NCBI GenBank assembly: GCA_028534125.1
Contig: CM052818.1
Span: 46,316,001-46,380,000 of the forward strand
Length of the DNA: 64,000 nt
Direction: 5' to 3'
Origin: Lama glama
Lineage: Eukaryota
The position numbers and the translations under genes were made by a program. Positions within the stretch are counted from its first letter, which is position 1. The number at the start of each line of letters is the position of its first letter. Under the pieces are notes generated by a model. That model did not search any database and was not told the origin of the DNA. It worked only from the letters and a program-made list of their open reading frames with translations. This document shows, one piece after another, positions 63,306 to 64,000 of the stretch.

Positions 63306-64000
63306 CCAAACACCGCCACTCCTCAGCCGACAGCTTGAGGACTCACGGTGACATTTCTCACTGCCCTTGAGCAAGTGTTCAAACTCCACACGTCAAACTA
63401 AACTCACATCTTCCTCACCAGCCCCTCAGAGCAACTCCTCCTCCCAGCACCCTGCTGGTCACCGCGACCGGTTCAGCTCTCCCAAAGCCCATCTTCTTTT
63501 CTCTGCTCCCACATCCAGTCACTTAGCTCGTCCTCAATCTTCCTTCCCGCAGGGTTGGTTTCAAGGCTGGCCCTGCTTTCCCATCCTCAGGACCCCCCGC
63601 CTCACAGCCGAGCACTTGAAGCAGCTCCTGATGGCACCCCCACTGAGTCTGGTCCGTCCAGACACCTGCCCACCGGACAAACCAACCGTCCTTCCAACAG
63701 CAGCATTTTGCCCCCATTGTGAACACGTGCTTTAGGTCAACAAGCACTTACCACAGTGTCTGACACGCATTATTTACTGGGTGGCACTGACGGCATGTTC
63801 CTCAGGGTGGGGCTGCTGTGTGTTTACCAGTGGCTCCAGCACCGGGTCCACGGTGGTGCTCACGTGGGTCTTGTAGAAACAGAAGGATGCCTCTCATCTA
63901 CTCAAAAAAATCTTCAGAGGCTCCCACCCCCAACAAGTCAGGGTTCAAACTGCTTAGCCAGGCATTCTCCACACTTTATAAAATATTTCTGCATTAGGGC

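Noticed and set aside
1..64000. CRISPR arrays, operons, rRNA genes, ERV internal genes or processed pseudogenes
   Set aside because: None seen. The tandem repeats lack unique spacers, the only confidently identified LTR is solo, and no decayed host-gene coding sequence was recognised.

Overview
Mammalian genomic DNA, most likely from a camelid. That inference rests on a tRNA-Ala-derived Vic-1-type SINE, cetartiodactyl-style L1 3' ends, and no Bov-tA/BovB, PRE1 or Alu copies seen. The window holds the 5' end of ASAP2 (Arf GTPase-activating protein with SH3, ankyrin repeat and PH domains 2) on the minus strand. Coding exon 1 (46883-46758, 42 codons, MPDQISVSEF...AAIEE, phase-0 GT donor) lies in a CpG island of about 1.7 kb with a TATA-less GC-box/CCAAT promoter. 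Positions 1-46757 are intron 1 (I did not find exon 2), and about 47.9-64 kb is upstream intergenic DNA. The rest is ordinary eutherian repeat landscape: L1 of several ages, L2, MIR, hAT and Tigger MITEs, one MaLR LTR, simple repeats and two N-gaps. Nearly all ORF-track entries are spurious or decayed L1 ORF2. I see no support for a new gene system. The most interesting observations are retrotransposition and insertion architectures and a candidate cryptic exon. Repeat family names come from recalled consensus sequences, not a search, and repeat boundaries are approximate.
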